Assembly (NCBI GenBank): GCA_019114135.1
Contig: DXGC01000073.1
Location: 54,905-118,904, forward strand
Source: Candidatus Corynebacterium avicola
GTDB lineage: Bacteria; Actinomycetota; Actinomycetes; Mycobacteriales; Mycobacteriaceae
Reading direction: 5' to 3'
DNA length: 64,000 bases
Positions 11,604 to 22,992 of the stretch are shown here, piece after piece (position 1 is the stretch's first letter; every line of letters begins with the position of its first letter). Under the pieces are notes generated by a model. It did not search any database. It saw only the letters and a program-made list of their open reading frames with translations, and was not told the DNA's origin. The translations under genes were made by a program, and so were the position numbers.

Positions 11604-12326
11604 GTGACTGCCAGCGAGACGACCGGTTACAAGCGCGTGATGCTGAAGCTGGGTGGTGAGATGTTCGGTGGCGGCAAGGTCGGTATCGACCCCGACGTGG
11701 TGGAGAACGTCGCCCGCCAGATCGCTGAGGTGGCCAGCAAGGGTGCGGAGATCGCCGTGGTGATCGGCGGCGGAAACTTCTTCCGCGGTGCCGAGCTGCA
11801 GCAGCGCGGCCTGGACCGTGCCCGCTCGGACTACATGGGCATGCTCGGCACGGTGATGAACTGCCTGGCTCTGCAGGACTTCCTGGAGAACTACGGAATC
11901 GACACCCGCGTGCAGACCTCCATAAACATGGCGCAGGTCGCCGAGCCGTATCTGCCGCTGCGCGCCGACCGCCACCTGGAGAAGGGCCGTGTGGTCATCT
12001 TCGGAGCCGGAATGGGCATGCCGTACTTCTCCACCGACACCACCGCCGCCCAGCGCGCCCTGGAGATCGGCTGTGAGGTGCTGCTCATGGCTAAGGGTGT
12101 CGACGGCGTCTACAGCGACGACCCGCGCACCAACCCGGACGCCGAGCTCTTCCACAAGATCACCCACCGCGAGGTCATCGAGCGCGGCCTGAAGGTCGCC
12201 GACGCCACCGCCTTCAGCCTCTGCATGGACAACAACATGCCGATGCTGGTCTTCAACCTGCTCACCGACGGCAACATCGCCCGCGCCGTGAACGGCGAGC
12301 AGATCGGGACGCTCGTCGCGTCCTGA
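11604..12326 (+). CDS. pyrH: Uridylate kinase
   Basis: [27 protein letters not shown]; GTG start after AAGGAG SD. Confidence 0.98.
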   Translation: MTASETTGYKRVMLKLGGEMFGGGKVGIDPDVVENVARQIAEVASKGAEIAVVIGGGNFFRGAELQQRGLDRARSDYMGMLGTVMNCLALQDFLENYGIDTRVQTSINMAQVAEPYLPLRADRHLEKGRVVIFGAGMGMPYFSTDTTAAQRALEIGCEVLLMAKGVDGVYSDDPRTNPDAELFHKITHREVIERGLKVADATAFSLCMDNNMPMLVFNLLTDGNIARAVNGEQIGTLVAS

Positions 12327-12331
12327 CCGAC

Positions 12332-12420
12332 GCGTCCCACCCACCCGTCCGGCCCCGGCAGGAACCGCCCGCGGTCTCCTGCCGGGCCCCGGTGTGTGCC
12401 GTGGTGGGGAGGTGGGACGC
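12332..12420. repeat. Nested inverted-repeat element between pyrH and frr
   Basis: gcgtcccacc (12332-41) pairs with ggtgggacgc (12411-20); inner cccggcagga (12354-63) pairs with tcctgccggg (12377-86). Confidence 0.65.
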
Positions 12421-12559
12421 CCCGGCTGGTAGATTTGTCTACGGACACAGACATGCCGGGTGGCTGCATCACGTCGCTGCCCCGTGTCTGCGACGAAAGC
12501 TCGACAACACCGTCCGCGGCGAACCACGCCGACGGACCACACCAAAGGACTGCGCTGAG

Positions 12560-13117
12560 ATGATTGACGACACCCTGCTCGAGGCCGAGGAGTACATGAC
12601 CCGGTCCGTGGACCACGTCCGTGAGGACCTGACCACCATCCGTACCGGCCGTGCCAACCCGGCGATGTTCAACGGCGTCTTCGGCGAGTACTACGGGGTG
12701 CGCACTCCCATCACCCAGATGGCCACCATCAGCGTGCCGGAGCCGCGCATGCTGATCATCAAACCCTACGAGATGTCGGTGATGAACGAGATCGAGAATG
12801 CGATCCGTAACTCCGACCTCGGTGTCAACCCGACCAACGACGGCCAGGTGCTGCGAGTCACCGTTCCGCAGCTCACCGAGGAACGTCGTAAGGAGCTCGT
12901 CAAGGTCGCCAAGTCCAAGGGGGAGGACGCCAAGATCGCGATCCGCAACATCCGCCGTAAGGGCATGGACGCCCTGTCGAAGATCCAGAAGGACGGCGAC
13001 GCCGGCGAGGACGAGGTCAAGGCCGCCGAGAAGGAGCTGGAGAAGACCACCGCGGAGTACACCGGCCAGGTCGATGCCGTCGTCGACGCCAAGGAAAAGG
13101 AACTGATGGAGGTCTAG
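12560..13117 (+). CDS. frr: Ribosome recycling factor
   Basis: [37 protein letters not shown]. Confidence 0.98.
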   Translation: MIDDTLLEAEEYMTRSVDHVREDLTTIRTGRANPAMFNGVFGEYYGVRTPITQMATISVPEPRMLIIKPYEMSVMNEIENAIRNSDLGVNPTNDGQVLRVTVPQLTEERRKELVKVAKSKGEDAKIAIRNIRRKGMDALSKIQKDGDAGEDEVKAAEKELEKTTAEYTGQVDAVVDAKEKELMEV

Positions 13118-13166
13118 TGGACCTCCATCGACGGACCCTCGACGCGACAGCAGAAGAACAGGCGAC

Positions 13167-14081
13167 GTGAACGCAGCGAAGAACTCGAGTGACCAGGGTG
13201 AGCATCACGGAGAACACCTCCGGCTCCCGCAGCCCAAGAACTCCGCGGGACGCAACCTCCCCGTCGCCATCGCCTCCGGCGTCGGCCTCGGTGCGCTCGT
13301 CATCGTCGCGCTGATCATCCCCTACGCCTGGTACGTCGTCATCGCCGTGGCGATGGGGCTGGCAACCTACGAGGTCTGGCAGCGGCTCAACGAACACGGC
13401 TACGAGCTGAACCTCCCGGTCCTGGTCGTCGCCGGACAGGCGATCATCTGGGCCGGCTGGCCCTTCGGCTCGGTGGGTATCCTTTCCGCGTTCGCCCTGG
13501 CCGCCGTGGTGACCGTGGTCGTCCGCCTGTTCCACAACGGACGCGAGAAGCCCCCGGAGAACTGGCTGCGGGACTCCGGCATCTCCCTGTTCGTCCTGAC
13601 CTGGATCCCGCTGTGCGGTGCCTTCGGCGCCAAGCTGTCGGAGATGACCTACGAAGGTGTCAACGGCTGGGCCTTCATCGTCACCTTCATGCTGTGCGTG
13701 GTGGCCTCGGACGTCGGCGGATTCGCCGCGGGTGTCTTCTTCGGCAGCCACCCGATGGTCCCGGCGATCAGCCCGAAGAAATCCTGGGAGGGGTTCATCG
13801 GCTCGGTGACTGCCGCGGCGATCGTCGGCGTGCTCTGCGTGCTCTTCCTGCTCAAGCTGACCGACCCGGTGCACTATCTCCTGGGCGTCGGCCTGGGTAT
13901 CGGTCTCGCCCTGGCGGCGACGCTGGGTGACCTGGTCGAGTCGCAGTTCAAGCGCGACCTCGGCATCAAGGACATGTCCCAGATGATCCCGGCCCACGGT
14001 GGCCTGATGGACCGACTGGACGGCATGTTGCCCGCGGCGATGCTCACCTGGATCGTGCTCACCGCCCTCGGCGCGTCCTGA
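13167..14081 (+). CDS. cdsA: Phosphatidate cytidylyltransferase
   Basis: ISPKKSWEG, GDLVESQFKRDLGIKD, HGGLMDRLD; multiple TM helices. Confidence 0.97.
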   Translation: MNAAKNSSDQGEHHGEHLRLPQPKNSAGRNLPVAIASGVGLGALVIVALIIPYAWYVVIAVAMGLATYEVWQRLNEHGYELNLPVLVVAGQAIIWAGWPFGSVGILSAFALAAVVTVVVRLFHNGREKPPENWLRDSGISLFVLTWIPLCGAFGAKLSEMTYEGVNGWAFIVTFMLCVVASDVGGFAAGVFFGSHPMVPAISPKKSWEGFIGSVTAAAIVGVLCVLFLLKLTDPVHYLLGVGLGIGLALAATLGDLVESQFKRDLGIKDMSQMIPAHGGLMDRLDGMLPAAMLTWIVLTALGAS

Positions 14082-14126
14082 CCAGAGCGTCCTGAGCAGG
14101 ACGCTCCGGCCGTCCTGTACTGAAGA

Positions 14127-14166
14127 ACCCCGGCCCCTGCGGTGAATTCACCGCAGGGGCCGGGGT
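14127..14166. terminator. Perfect 40-bp palindrome; bidirectional terminator between convergent cdsA and LapA gene
   Basis: accccggcccctgcggtgaa / ttcaccgcaggggccggggt, flanked by aaga and cttt. Confidence 0.8.
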
Positions 14167-14192
14167 CTTTGCTGTGCTCGCTGTGCCTGCCG

Positions 14193-14759
14193 CTATTTCT
14201 TCGGGTGGTTGATCTGGCGGCGCAGCTGGATGATGCGCAGGCCACCGACGCAGGCCATCAGCAGCGCTCCGCCGATCGCGGCGATGAGCATGCCGACACC
14301 GATGGGGAAGTTCCACTCCCAGATGAACAGCTGGAGTTTCACGGAGTCCAGGTTCTGCAGGATGAACACCAGCAGCAGGGTCAGCACGACGGCGCCGACG
14401 ATCAGCGCGACCCAGGTGGTGCCAGCCAGCGAGCTGGCGACCGAGGGGTTCTCGGAGCTGGACGCGCTGCTCTTCCTGTCAGCCTTCTTGTCCTTCTTGT
14501 CGGACTTCTTGTCCTTCTTCTCGTCCTCGGACGGTGCCGGGGCGGCCGGGGTCTCCTGGACCTCGAGCGCCGACTGCGACTCCAGCGTGGGATCGAACTC
14601 GGCGGAGCCAGCGGGCGCGGTGCCCGTGGCGTCCGCAGCGGCGTCACCGGCGTCCTCCGGCGTGGTGACCGGCGGGAACTGCGAGGTCTCGACTGCGGGA
14701 TCGTCGATGGCCTTCCGGGCGTCGTCGGGTCCGGTGTTCTCCTGTGGGTGTCTCGTCAT
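14193..14759 (-). CDS. LapA/DUF1049-like small membrane protein with acidic disordered N-terminus
   Basis: TWVALIVGAVVLTLLLVFILQN, two TM helices; TAGACT -10 at 14767-72, 7 nt before ATG. Confidence 0.8.
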   Translation of the reverse strand: MTRHPQENTGPDDARKAIDDPAVETSQFPPVTTPEDAGDAAADATGTAPAGSAEFDPTLESQSALEVQETPAAPAPSEDEKKDKKSDKKDKKADRKSSASSSENPSVASSLAGTTWVALIVGAVVLTLLLVFILQNLDSVKLQLFIWEWNFPIGVGMLIAAIGGALLMACVGGLRIIQLRRQINHPKK

Positions 14760-14854
14760 GGTGACGAGTCTAGGCGTAACTGGTGCCTCATGGGGTACAT
14801 GACCTGCGTCACGATGTGCTACCAGCCGATCCGACGTGCAATAATGACCGTCTT

Positions 14855-15976
14855 ATGACTAGTACGCCTCAGCCGGTCCAACTGCAGTTCAAGGCCCCCA
14901 CCCGGGGCATGCCGCCGACCCACCTGGCCGACCTCACCGATGAGGCGGTCACCGACGCCGTCAAGGAGGCCGGGCTCCCCGGTTTCCGGGCCAAGCAGAT
15001 CAACAACCAGTACTACGGTCGCCTCGAGGGCGACCCGCTGGCGATGACCGATCTGCCGGAGTCGCTGCGTCCCACCATCAAGGACGCCCTGTTCCCCACG
15101 CTGATGGAACCGGTGCGCCACATCTCCTGCGACGAGGGCCAGACCCGCAAGACCCTCTGGAAGCTGCACGACGCCACCATGCTGGAGTCGGTGCTGATGC
15201 GTTACCCCGACCGGGCGACGCTGTGCATCTCCTCCCAGGCCGGCTGCGGTATGGCCTGCCCGTTCTGCGCCACCGGCCAGGGCGGACTGGACCGCAACCT
15301 GTCCACCGGCGAGATCGTCGAGCAGGTCCGCGCCGCGGCGAAGGCCATGCGTGACGGCGATGTCGAGGGCGGCGAGGGCCGTCTCTCCAACATCGTCTTC
15401 ATGGGCATGGGCGAGCCGCTGGCCAACTACAAGCGCGTCGTGTCCGCCATCAAGCGGATCACCTCCCCGGCACCGGAGGGCTTCGGCATCTCCGCCCGCA
15501 ACATCACCGTCTCGACCGTGGGCCTGGCCCCGGCGATCCGCCGGCTCGCCGACGAGGGCATGCACATGCGCCTCGCCGTCAGCCTGCATTGCCCGGACGA
15601 TGAGCTGCGCGACACCCTGGTCCCGGTGAACAACCGTTGGTCGGTCGACGAGGTGCTCGAGGCCGCCCGCTACTACGCCGACGCTTCCGGACGCCGCGTC
15701 TCCATCGAGTACGCGCTGATCCGCGACATCAACGACCACCCGTGGCGCGCTGACCTGCTCGGCAAGAAGCTCCGCGGCGCGCTGGGCAACCAGGTGCACG
15801 TCAACCTCATCCCGCTGAACCCGACGCCGGGCTCGAAGTGGGACGCCTCGCCGCAGCCGGTGCAGGACGAGTTCGTCCGCCGCGTCATCGCCCAGGGTGT
15901 GGCCTGCACCGTGCGTGACACCCGCGGCCAGGAGATCGCCGCGGCCTGCGGTCAGCTCGCCGCCGAGGAGAAGTAG
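14855..15976 (+). CDS. rlmN: 23S rRNA/tRNA m2A methyltransferase RlmN (radical SAM)
   Basis: [36 protein letters not shown]. Confidence 0.97.
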   Translation: MTSTPQPVQLQFKAPTRGMPPTHLADLTDEAVTDAVKEAGLPGFRAKQINNQYYGRLEGDPLAMTDLPESLRPTIKDALFPTLMEPVRHISCDEGQTRKTLWKLHDATMLESVLMRYPDRATLCISSQAGCGMACPFCATGQGGLDRNLSTGEIVEQVRAAAKAMRDGDVEGGEGRLSNIVFMGMGEPLANYKRVVSAIKRITSPAPEGFGISARNITVSTVGLAPAIRRLADEGMHMRLAVSLHCPDDELRDTLVPVNNRWSVDEVLEAARYYADASGRRVSIEYALIRDINDHPWRADLLGKKLRGALGNQVHVNLIPLNPTPGSKWDASPQPVQDEFVRRVIAQGVACTVRDTRGQEIAAACGQLAAEEK

Positions 15977-16061
15977 GACGCACCGTCCGGCCGACGGTCG
16001 GGCTGCCCGGCCGTGCGCGTCACTCCCCGTAGAGGAGGGCGTCACTTTTAGCCCCTCGCGT

Positions 16062-16272
16062 GATTTCCGCATAGTGAGACCTGCAGGTCACGGGCTTGTG
16101 TCACGTCAGCGGGCGTCGATGGAGGTGCTAATTCCGACATGGGGTAGTCGGGCCGTGCGGGGGTGTCACGCCGACCATGTATCGATCACACCTCCATCGA
16201 TTTCCACATACTGAGACCTGCAGGTCAGGAGGTTGCAGCGCTCCGACGAAAATCGAAGAAGGTGTGATCGAT
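16062..16272. repeat. Two 29-bp direct repeats with palindromic core, second copy enclosed by 13-bp inverted repeats
   Basis: gatttccgcatagtgagacctgcaggtca (16062-90) vs gatttccacatactgagacctgcaggtca (16199-227), 27/29 identical; atcgatcacacct (16181-93) / aggtgtgatcgat (16260-72). Confidence 0.8.
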
Positions 16273-16286
16273 CGCCCGGGAGATCT

Positions 16287-16326
16287 GACAGGGCGGGACA
16301 GGGCGGGACAAGGTGGGACAGGGCGG
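16287..16326. repeat. 10-bp tandem repeat x4
   Basis: gacagggcgg gacagggcgg gacaaggtgg gacagggcgg. Confidence 0.85.
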
Positions 16327-16361
16327 GGGAAGGGGAGCAGAACGCTTCGACGCGCACAAGA

Positions 16362-16401
16362 AGACGGCCCCGCCTCCCATGATCGGGAGGCGGGGCCGTC
16401 T
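16362..16401 (-). terminator. 17-bp stem terminator downstream of DUF2631 gene
   Basis: agacggccccgcctccc / gggaggcggggccgtct with 6-nt loop. Confidence 0.75.
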
Positions 16402-16447
16402 ACCTCGAGACTGTCCGTGCGACCGGCGCGCGGTAGGTCCTGCCTGA

Positions 16448-16912
16448 CTAGTGCGCCAGGCCGTGCTTCGGGGTGGCGATCTCCTTCGGACCGTCGACGC
16501 CCTCGCCCGGCAGGTTCCAGGCGCGCAGGTCCTCGGTGGTCAGGTCGGCGTAGACGCCGGTGAGGTTGTTCTGGTCGTCGACCCAGTTCGGCTCCTGGTG
16601 ACCCAGCGGCTTGTTGTGCGCGGTCACGGTCTTGCGCGGCTCCGGCAGGACGCGGCCCGGGCGGGAGATGCGGGCGTAGAAGAAGGTGCCGATCAGGGTC
16701 AGCGCACCGAGGACACCCAGCCAGATGTCCTCGACCTTGCCGTGGTGGTTACCGAAGAACATGCCGAAGAGGAACAGGCCGCCGATCACACCGGCGATGA
16801 TGGTGGCCCTCCGCGGGAACTGGTGCCAGCCCCATGCGGCGGACGGCTCGTCCTCGGTGGAGACGCCGTTGTGAACTTCCACCGTCGTACCGTGGTTTCC
16901 GTGTCCGGACAC
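16448..16912 (-). CDS. DUF2631 family membrane protein
   Basis: EDEPSAAWGWH, GNHHGKVEDIWL motifs; GTG start after GGAGG SD. Confidence 0.85.
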   Translation of the reverse strand: MSGHGNHGTTVEVHNGVSTEDEPSAAWGWHQFPRRATIIAGVIGGLFLFGMFFGNHHGKVEDIWLGVLGALTLIGTFFYARISRPGRVLPEPRKTVTAHNKPLGHQEPNWVDDQNNLTGVYADLTTEDLRAWNLPGEGVDGPKEIATPKHGLAH

Positions 16913-17091
16913 TTCGTGATCCTCCTGCTCTCGGTCGGCAGTGGTCATCTGCCGGTTGCTGACGTCTATTCTTGCATATCCTCCCGCGTGGGTGAACTCC
17001 GGCACACGGTCCGGTTCCCCCGGATGTGCACTTCCTGCGCACAGGAAGGCCTACGCAGGCATCCAGAGAGATCCGGACCGGGTGTGGAACA

Positions 17092-18276
17092 ATGGGACGG
17101 GTGAAGAAACGCGTAGTAGTTCTCGGGAGCACGGGGTCCATCGGGGCCCAGGCCCTCGAGATCATCGAGGACAATCCGGACCTGTTCGAGCTGGTCGGGG
17201 TCTCGGCCCACGGGTCGAAGCCGGAGGCGCTGGTCGAGCAGATCCGACGTTTCGGCCTGTCCGGCGGCCAGGTCGCCGTCGCCAGCCCGCGTACCGCTGA
17301 CCTCGTCGACGCCGAGGTGGACGGCCACGTCATCCGTGGCACCGACTCGGCCCGGTACCTGGTGGAGCAGTCGGAACTGGGGGAGGACGACGTCGTCCTC
17401 AATGCGTTGGTGGGCTCCCTCGGGTTGGACGCCACGTTGGCCACCCTCGAGGGGCCGGCCAAGTTGGCGCTGGCGAACAAGGAGTCCCTGGTCGCCGGCG
17501 GGCAGTTGGTGCTCGACACCGCCGATGACGGCCAGCTGCTGCCGGTGGACTCGGAGCATTCCGCGGTGGCGCAGTGCCTGCGCTCCGGCGAGCACGACGA
17601 GGTCGCCGAGCTGGTGCTCACCGCGTCCGGCGGACCCTTCATCGGCTACTCCCGTGAGGAGCTTCAGGACGTCACCCCGCTGCAGGCGGCGAACCACCCG
17701 ACGTGGTCGATGGGGCAGATCAACACCCTGAATGCCTCGACGATGGTGAACAAGGGGCTTGAGGTGATCGAGGCGGGGTTGCTGTTCGACGTCCCGGCCG
17801 ACAAGATCACCGTGACCGTGCACCCGCAGAAGGTCGTGCACTCGATGGTCACCTTCACAGACGGAACGACGATCGCCCAGGCCGCGCCCCGCTCGATGAA
17901 GCTGCCGATCAGCCATGCCCTCGGCTGGCCGCGGCGCGTCGCAGGTGTTCAGCAGCCCCTGGACTTCCGCGAGGCACAGTCCTGGGCCTTCGAGCCCCTG
18001 GACGAGTCGGTCTTCTCCGCGGTGCGTCTGGCTCGCGAGGCCGTCACCGCCGGTGGCTGCATGCCCGCGGTCTACAACGCCGCGAACGAGGAGGCCGCCG
18101 TGGAGTTCCTCACCGGCACGCTGAGCTTCCCCCACATCGTCGACACCATCGACGCTGTACTGCAGGACTGTGCCGAGTTCACCTCGGCACCGCAGTCGAT
18201 CGAGGACGTCCTGACCGCCGAACGTGCGGCCCGGTCGGCAGCGCATGAGAGGATGTCCGGGTGGATTTCTGGCTAG
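17092..18276 (+). CDS. dxr: 1-deoxy-D-xylulose 5-phosphate reductoisomerase
   Basis: [42 protein letters not shown]. Confidence 0.96.
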   Translation: MGRVKKRVVVLGSTGSIGAQALEIIEDNPDLFELVGVSAHGSKPEALVEQIRRFGLSGGQVAVASPRTADLVDAEVDGHVIRGTDSARYLVEQSELGEDDVVLNALVGSLGLDATLATLEGPAKLALANKESLVAGGQLVLDTADDGQLLPVDSEHSAVAQCLRSGEHDEVAELVLTASGGPFIGYSREELQDVTPLQAANHPTWSMGQINTLNASTMVNKGLEVIEAGLLFDVPADKITVTVHPQKVVHSMVTFTDGTTIAQAAPRSMKLPISHALGWPRRVAGVQQPLDFREAQSWAFEPLDESVFSAVRLAREAVTAGGCMPAVYNAANEEAAVEFLTGTLSFPHIVDTIDAVLQDCAEFTSAPQSIEDVLTAERAARSAAHERMSGWISG

Positions 18277-19496
18277 GTGTTCTTCTCTTCGCCCTCGGCA
18301 TCGGCGTGACCATCGCCCTGCACGAGGCAGGTCACATGATGGCGGCGCGTGTCTGCGGCATGCGGGTGCGCCGCTACTTCATCGGATTCGGCCCCACGGT
18401 GTGGTCCACCACCCGTGGCCACACCGAGTACGGGCTCAAGGCCGTCCCACTGGGCGGCTTCTGCGACATCGCGGGCATGACGCTCAACGACCCGTGGACG
18501 GAGGAGGAAGAGCCGTACCTGATGATCGACCGCCCGGCGTGGCAGCGGTTGTTCGTCATGTTCGCAGGCATCATCGTCAACATCACCCTCGGCGTGCTGA
18601 TCATCTTCGGCACGGCAGTCACCTTCGGGCTGCCGTCGACGCAGGCACCCGAGGGAGCCGTTGCTGCTGATCTGGTGTGTTCGCCCGCGACGCAGCAGGA
18701 CGCTGAAGCGGTCACGGAGGACGATCCGCAGTGCACCGGTGACGGTGCAGCAGCAGCGTCCGGCGTACAGGTCGGAGACCTTTTTGTCGAGGTCGACGGA
18801 ACGAAGATCAACGATCCGTCAGTTCTCCCGGAAGTGATCCAGGATGTAGGCGCCGAGGCAGACGATGCCGAGTTGGGTGAACACGTCACCGTTCCCGCGG
18901 TGGTTCAACGCGATGGCACCGACGTCCCGATCGACCTGCAGGTCGAGATTGTCGAGAGGGAAGGGCAGAACGCCGGGGCCATCGGTGTGAGCGTGGAGAG
19001 CCCGCCCACCGAGATCGTGGACTACAACCCGATCACCGCGATCGGCGGTACCGCGGACTTCACCTGGTACATCGGCAAGGAGACGGTCAACGCCCTGCTG
19101 GACCTGCCGGAGCGCTACTGGCCGGTGGTGCAGTCCATCTTCGGTGGTGAACGCCAACCGGACAGCCCGGTGAGTGTCGTCGGTGCGTCCCACGCCGGTG
19201 GCCAGTTGGTGGAGCAGGACCAGTGGATGAGCTTCCTGCTGCTGCTGGCGAACCTGAACTTCTTCCTGGCGGTGTTCAACATGGTGCCGCTGCCGCCGCT
19301 GGACGGTGGCCACGCCATCGTCGTTGTGTGGGAGAAGATCCGCGACTGGATCCGCCGCAAGCGTGGTCTGGAGCCCGGTGGTCCGGTGGACTACGTCAAG
19401 CTGATGCCGCTGACCTACGTGGCGACCGCGGTGCTGCTGGTCTTCGGTCTCACGGTGATCGTCGCCGACGTGGTGAATCCGCTGAGACTGTTCTGA
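18261..19496 (+). CDS. rip1: M50 family intramembrane zinc metalloprotease (Rip1/RseP) with PDZ-like insert
   Basis: HEAGH (HExxH), [13 protein letters not shown] (NxxPxxxLDG); overlaps dxr end. Confidence 0.93.
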   Translation: MDFWLGVLLFALGIGVTIALHEAGHMMAARVCGMRVRRYFIGFGPTVWSTTRGHTEYGLKAVPLGGFCDIAGMTLNDPWTEEEEPYLMIDRPAWQRLFVMFAGIIVNITLGVLIIFGTAVTFGLPSTQAPEGAVAADLVCSPATQQDAEAVTEDDPQCTGDGAAAASGVQVGDLFVEVDGTKINDPSVLPEVIQDVGAEADDAELGEHVTVPAVVQRDGTDVPIDLQVEIVEREGQNAGAIGVSVESPPTEIVDYNPITAIGGTADFTWYIGKETVNALLDLPERYWPVVQSIFGGERQPDSPVSVVGASHAGGQLVEQDQWMSFLLLLANLNFFLAVFNMVPLPPLDGGHAIVVVWEKIRDWIRRKRGLEPGGPVDYVKLMPLTYVATAVLLVFGLTVIVADVVNPLRLF

Positions 19497-19561
19497 CCCG
19501 GGAGGTCGCCGACGCCGTGTCCCTACCTGGTCACTGACCTTTTCGCTGCTACCGTCGGCCC

Positions 19562-21409
19562 ATGGCCCAGAAAACGCCGCTGCGTACCATTCTCGCCACT
19601 GTCGTGAGCTTCGCGACGGTGCTTGCGGTGGCGTGCACGCCGCGTCCGGACACCCCCGACGACATCGTCGGTGATTTCCTGTCCGCACTGGGTGAGGGCA
19701 ACCTCGAGAGCGCGGCGTCCTACACCGACGACGCCGGCACGGCGCAGAGTGCGCTCCAGGAGTCCTGGGACGGCCTGCAGGCCGAGGGGGTCGACGCCGA
19801 GGTCACCGACGTGCGTACCGAGGACAACGTCGCCACCGCCGATTACGACATGACCTGGACGCTGCCCAATGACCGGGAGATGAGCTACGCCTCGAGCCTG
19901 ACCGCCACGAAGACCGGAGGGGAGTGGACGGTGCGGTGGCGTCCGGCCGTCCTGCACCCCGACCTGGGCAGCGACCAGCACCTGGAGCTGCGGCGGATCG
20001 AGGCGCAGATCGCCGACGTCGTCGGCTCCGACGGGGCGGTGCTCGCCACCCCGGGCACCACCTGGCGACTTCTGCTGGACACCGAGGCAGCCCGTGACGA
20101 CGGTGGGGTGCAGGGCACCATGGGACGCATTGCCCGGATCCTCGAGTCCGCCCACGCCGACGAGGACGCGATGCCGACCATCGACGCGAACGAGAAGGCG
20201 TCCGAGGCGAAGGACGTCGAGGGCGACTACTCGGTCACCATGATCCCGGGGAACCTCGGCGACCGGGTGAAGGACCAGCTGGAGGAGATCGAGGGCGTGC
20301 GGCTCAACGAGGAGCCCACGTTGGTGCGTCCTGACCCCGGCTTCGCACCCGACATCATGTCGCGCGTGACTCAGCTGGTCGAACCGGAGTTGGAGGGCAA
20401 GGCCGGCTGGGAGGTGTCCGCGGTGGACCCGAACGGCGGGGTGGTCTCCACCCTGGAGCGCACCGAGGCGGACCCGGCGGCGTCGGTGAACATCAGTCTG
20501 TCGCGTCGGGTCCAGGAGGCAGCGCAGAAGGCGGTGGACACGCGGAGTGAAGACGAGGCGATGATGGTGGTCATGCGTCCCTCCACGGGGGAGATCCTGG
20601 GTGTGGCGCAGACCCCGGAGGCGGACAAGCAGGGCGATGTGGCCCTGTCCGGCCAGTACCCGCCGGGCTCGACCTTCAAGGTGATCACCGCCGCCGCGGG
20701 AATCGAGAACGAGGACCTCAACGCCGACACGACCGTGTCCTGCCCCTCGACGCAGGACATCGGCGGACGTGTGGTCACCAACTACGACTCCTTCTCACTG
20801 GGCGACACCTCCATGCGCAACGCCTTCGCCCAGTCCTGCAACACCACCTTCGCCCGGATCTCCACCGACCTGGAGCCGGGGCGGCTGAAGGACGAGGCCG
20901 AGCAGTTCGGCCTGGGCCGCGACTACGACATCCCGGGCCTGACCACCATCACCGGTGAGGTGCCGGAGGGCGAGGTCATGCTGGACCGCACCGAGGCCGG
21001 TTACGGTCAGGGCTTCGACCTGGCCAGCCCCTTCGGCATGGCCCTGGTCGCCTCGTCCGTCGCCAACGGGCGCACCCCGGTGCCCTCGCTGATCGACACC
21101 GACGACGTCCACACCATGGACTCCGACGGCAAGAAGGCCGAGCAGGGCGAGGAACTGGATCCCCAGATGCTGGGCAACCTGCGCGACATGATGCGCTCGG
21201 TGGTCACCGACGGTTCCGGCTCCGGGATCGCCGGACGCGGCGAGGTCTACGGCAAGACCGGTGAGGCCGAGATCAACGACGGCTCGCACTCCTGGTTCAT
21301 GGGCTACCGGGACGATCTGGCGTTCGCGACGATGATCGTGCGCGGCGGCGGATCCGAGCATGCCGTTTCGGTGACGGACCGGTTCTTCGCCAACATCGAC
21401 GAAGAGTAG
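19562..21409 (+). CDS. Class B penicillin-binding protein (lipoprotein, MecA-N-like domain + transpeptidase)
   Basis: Lipobox LAVAC; PGSTFK (SxxK), QSCN (SxN), GKTG. Confidence 0.92.
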   Translation: MAQKTPLRTILATVVSFATVLAVACTPRPDTPDDIVGDFLSALGEGNLESAASYTDDAGTAQSALQESWDGLQAEGVDAEVTDVRTEDNVATADYDMTWTLPNDREMSYASSLTATKTGGEWTVRWRPAVLHPDLGSDQHLELRRIEAQIADVVGSDGAVLATPGTTWRLLLDTEAARDDGGVQGTMGRIARILESAHADEDAMPTIDANEKASEAKDVEGDYSVTMIPGNLGDRVKDQLEEIEGVRLNEEPTLVRPDPGFAPDIMSRVTQLVEPELEGKAGWEVSAVDPNGGVVSTLERTEADPAASVNISLSRRVQEAAQKAVDTRSEDEAMMVVMRPSTGEILGVAQTPEADKQGDVALSGQYPPGSTFKVITAAAGIENEDLNADTTVSCPSTQDIGGRVVTNYDSFSLGDTSMRNAFAQSCNTTFARISTDLEPGRLKDEAEQFGLGRDYDIPGLTTITGEVPEGEVMLDRTEAGYGQGFDLASPFGMALVASSVANGRTPVPSLIDTDDVHTMDSDGKKAEQGEELDPQMLGNLRDMMRSVVTDGSGSGIAGRGEVYGKTGEAEINDGSHSWFMGYRDDLAFATMIVRGGGSEHAVSVTDRFFANIDEE

Positions 21410-21420
21410 GCTGGGACGCC

Positions 21421-22305
21421 ATGAGCAGAGCATTGTTGACCCCCGGAAAGCCGACCCCCGTCCGCAAGGTCCCGTCGCAGATCGAGCGTCCGGAGTACGC
21501 GTGGAAGGACTCCGTCCAGGAGAACGTCGGTGAGCCGTGGGTGCAGACCCCGGAGGTCGTCGAGGCGATGCGTGAGTCCTCGTCCATCGCCGCCGGTGCG
21601 CTGTCGGCAGCCGGTGCCGCGGTCGCCCCCGGTGTGACCACCGATGAGCTTGACCGGATCGCGCATGAGTACATGTGCGACCACGGTGCCTACCCGTCCT
21701 GCTTGGGATACCGGGGCTTCCCGAAGGCGGCGTGCATCAGCCTCAACGAGATCGTGTGTCACGGCATCCCGGACACCACGGTGGTGCAGGACGGCGACAT
21801 CGTGAACATCGACGTCACGGCCTACAAGAACGGTGTGCACGGCGACACCAACGCCACCTGGCTGGCAGGCGACGTCGCCGAGGAGCACAAGCTGCTGGTG
21901 GAGCGCACTTACGCGGCAATGTGGCGCGGCATCAAGGCCGTGAAGCCGGGCCGCGAGATCAACGTGATCGGTCGCGTCATCGAGAGCTACGCCAAGCGCT
22001 TCGGCTACACCGTGGTGCGGGACTTCACCGGCCACGGCGTGGGCCCGACCTTCCACAACGGGCTGATTATCGTCCACCACGACGAGCCGTCCTACAACAC
22101 CGTCTTCGAGCCGGGAATGACCCTGACCATCGAGCCGATGCTGAACCTGGGGGCGCTGGACTACGAGATCTGGGACGACGACTGGACCGTGCAGAACAAG
22201 GACGGCAAGTGGTCCGCACAGTTCGAGCACACCATGGTCGTCACCGAGGACGGTGTCGATGTGCTGACCCTGCGCGAGGACGAGGTCGACCAGACGAAGA
22301 AGTAG
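21421..22305 (+). CDS. map: Methionine aminopeptidase
   Basis: [40 protein letters not shown]. Confidence 0.97.
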   Translation: MSRALLTPGKPTPVRKVPSQIERPEYAWKDSVQENVGEPWVQTPEVVEAMRESSSIAAGALSAAGAAVAPGVTTDELDRIAHEYMCDHGAYPSCLGYRGFPKAACISLNEIVCHGIPDTTVVQDGDIVNIDVTAYKNGVHGDTNATWLAGDVAEEHKLLVERTYAAMWRGIKAVKPGREINVIGRVIESYAKRFGYTVVRDFTGHGVGPTFHNGLIIVHHDEPSYNTVFEPGMTLTIEPMLNLGALDYEIWDDDWTVQNKDGKWSAQFEHTMVVTEDGVDVLTLREDEVDQTKK

Positions 22306-22383
22306 GGGAAGCAGGGGCCGTTGCCGCGCGGGGGTGGGCGGTTTCGGAGATGTCAGCTGCCGGGCTTCGGTAGTGTTTTGGGC

Positions 22384-22962
22384 ATGAATGCATCGCGCTC
22401 CCAGTCCAGTGACGGTCCGACAACCCGTGTTCTCCGCCCCGGGCAGAAGCGCCCCGGCATTCGCGAGCTGGGGGTGCTGAACAATCTGATCGTCAAGGTG
22501 GGGGCGAGGGTGCAGGGGACGCACACCCTTGGTGTCTTCGCCACGATCGGGCGGGCGAAGCGCCTGTTCAAGGCGTGGCTGGTTTACTCGGCGACGATGA
22601 TGCCTTTCGGCTACCTGTCCCGACAGGAGACCGAGATGGTGATCCTGCGGGTGGCCTTCCGCAAGGAGTCGGCGTACGAGGAGGCGCACCACCGGGCGAT
22701 CGGCGCCTCGGAGGGACTGAACGCCGAGCAGATCGACGCCATGTTCACCGAGGACCACGGTCAGTTGGGACGCCGCGGGGTGATGCTGGACGTCGCCGAC
22801 CAGATCGTGGCCACCGGCGCGGTGGACGACGAGACTTGGGCGAAACTCGCGGGACTGCTGTCCGACAAGGAGTGCGTGGCCCTGGTGATGCTGGTGACCA
22901 ACTACTCCGGACTGGCGACCGCACTTTCGGTGCTGGGGACGCCGGTCGACAAGAAGAAGTAG
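22384..22962 (+). CDS. Carboxymuconolactone decarboxylase/AhpD-like family protein
   Basis: ETEMVILRVA...YEEAHH, VDDETWAKL pattern; TAGTGT -10 at 22371-76. Confidence 0.75.
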   Translation: MNASRSQSSDGPTTRVLRPGQKRPGIRELGVLNNLIVKVGARVQGTHTLGVFATIGRAKRLFKAWLVYSATMMPFGYLSRQETEMVILRVAFRKESAYEEAHHRAIGASEGLNAEQIDAMFTEDHGQLGRRGVMLDVADQIVATGAVDDETWAKLAGLLSDKECVALVMLVTNYSGLATALSVLGTPVDKKK

Positions 22963-22992
22963 TCGGTCCGGATCGGGTAGTTGATCAGACGA

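Noticed and set aside
16062-16227. Possible CRISPR array (29-bp palindromic repeats)
   Set aside because: Only two copies, a 108-bp spacer, and no cas genes in the window.
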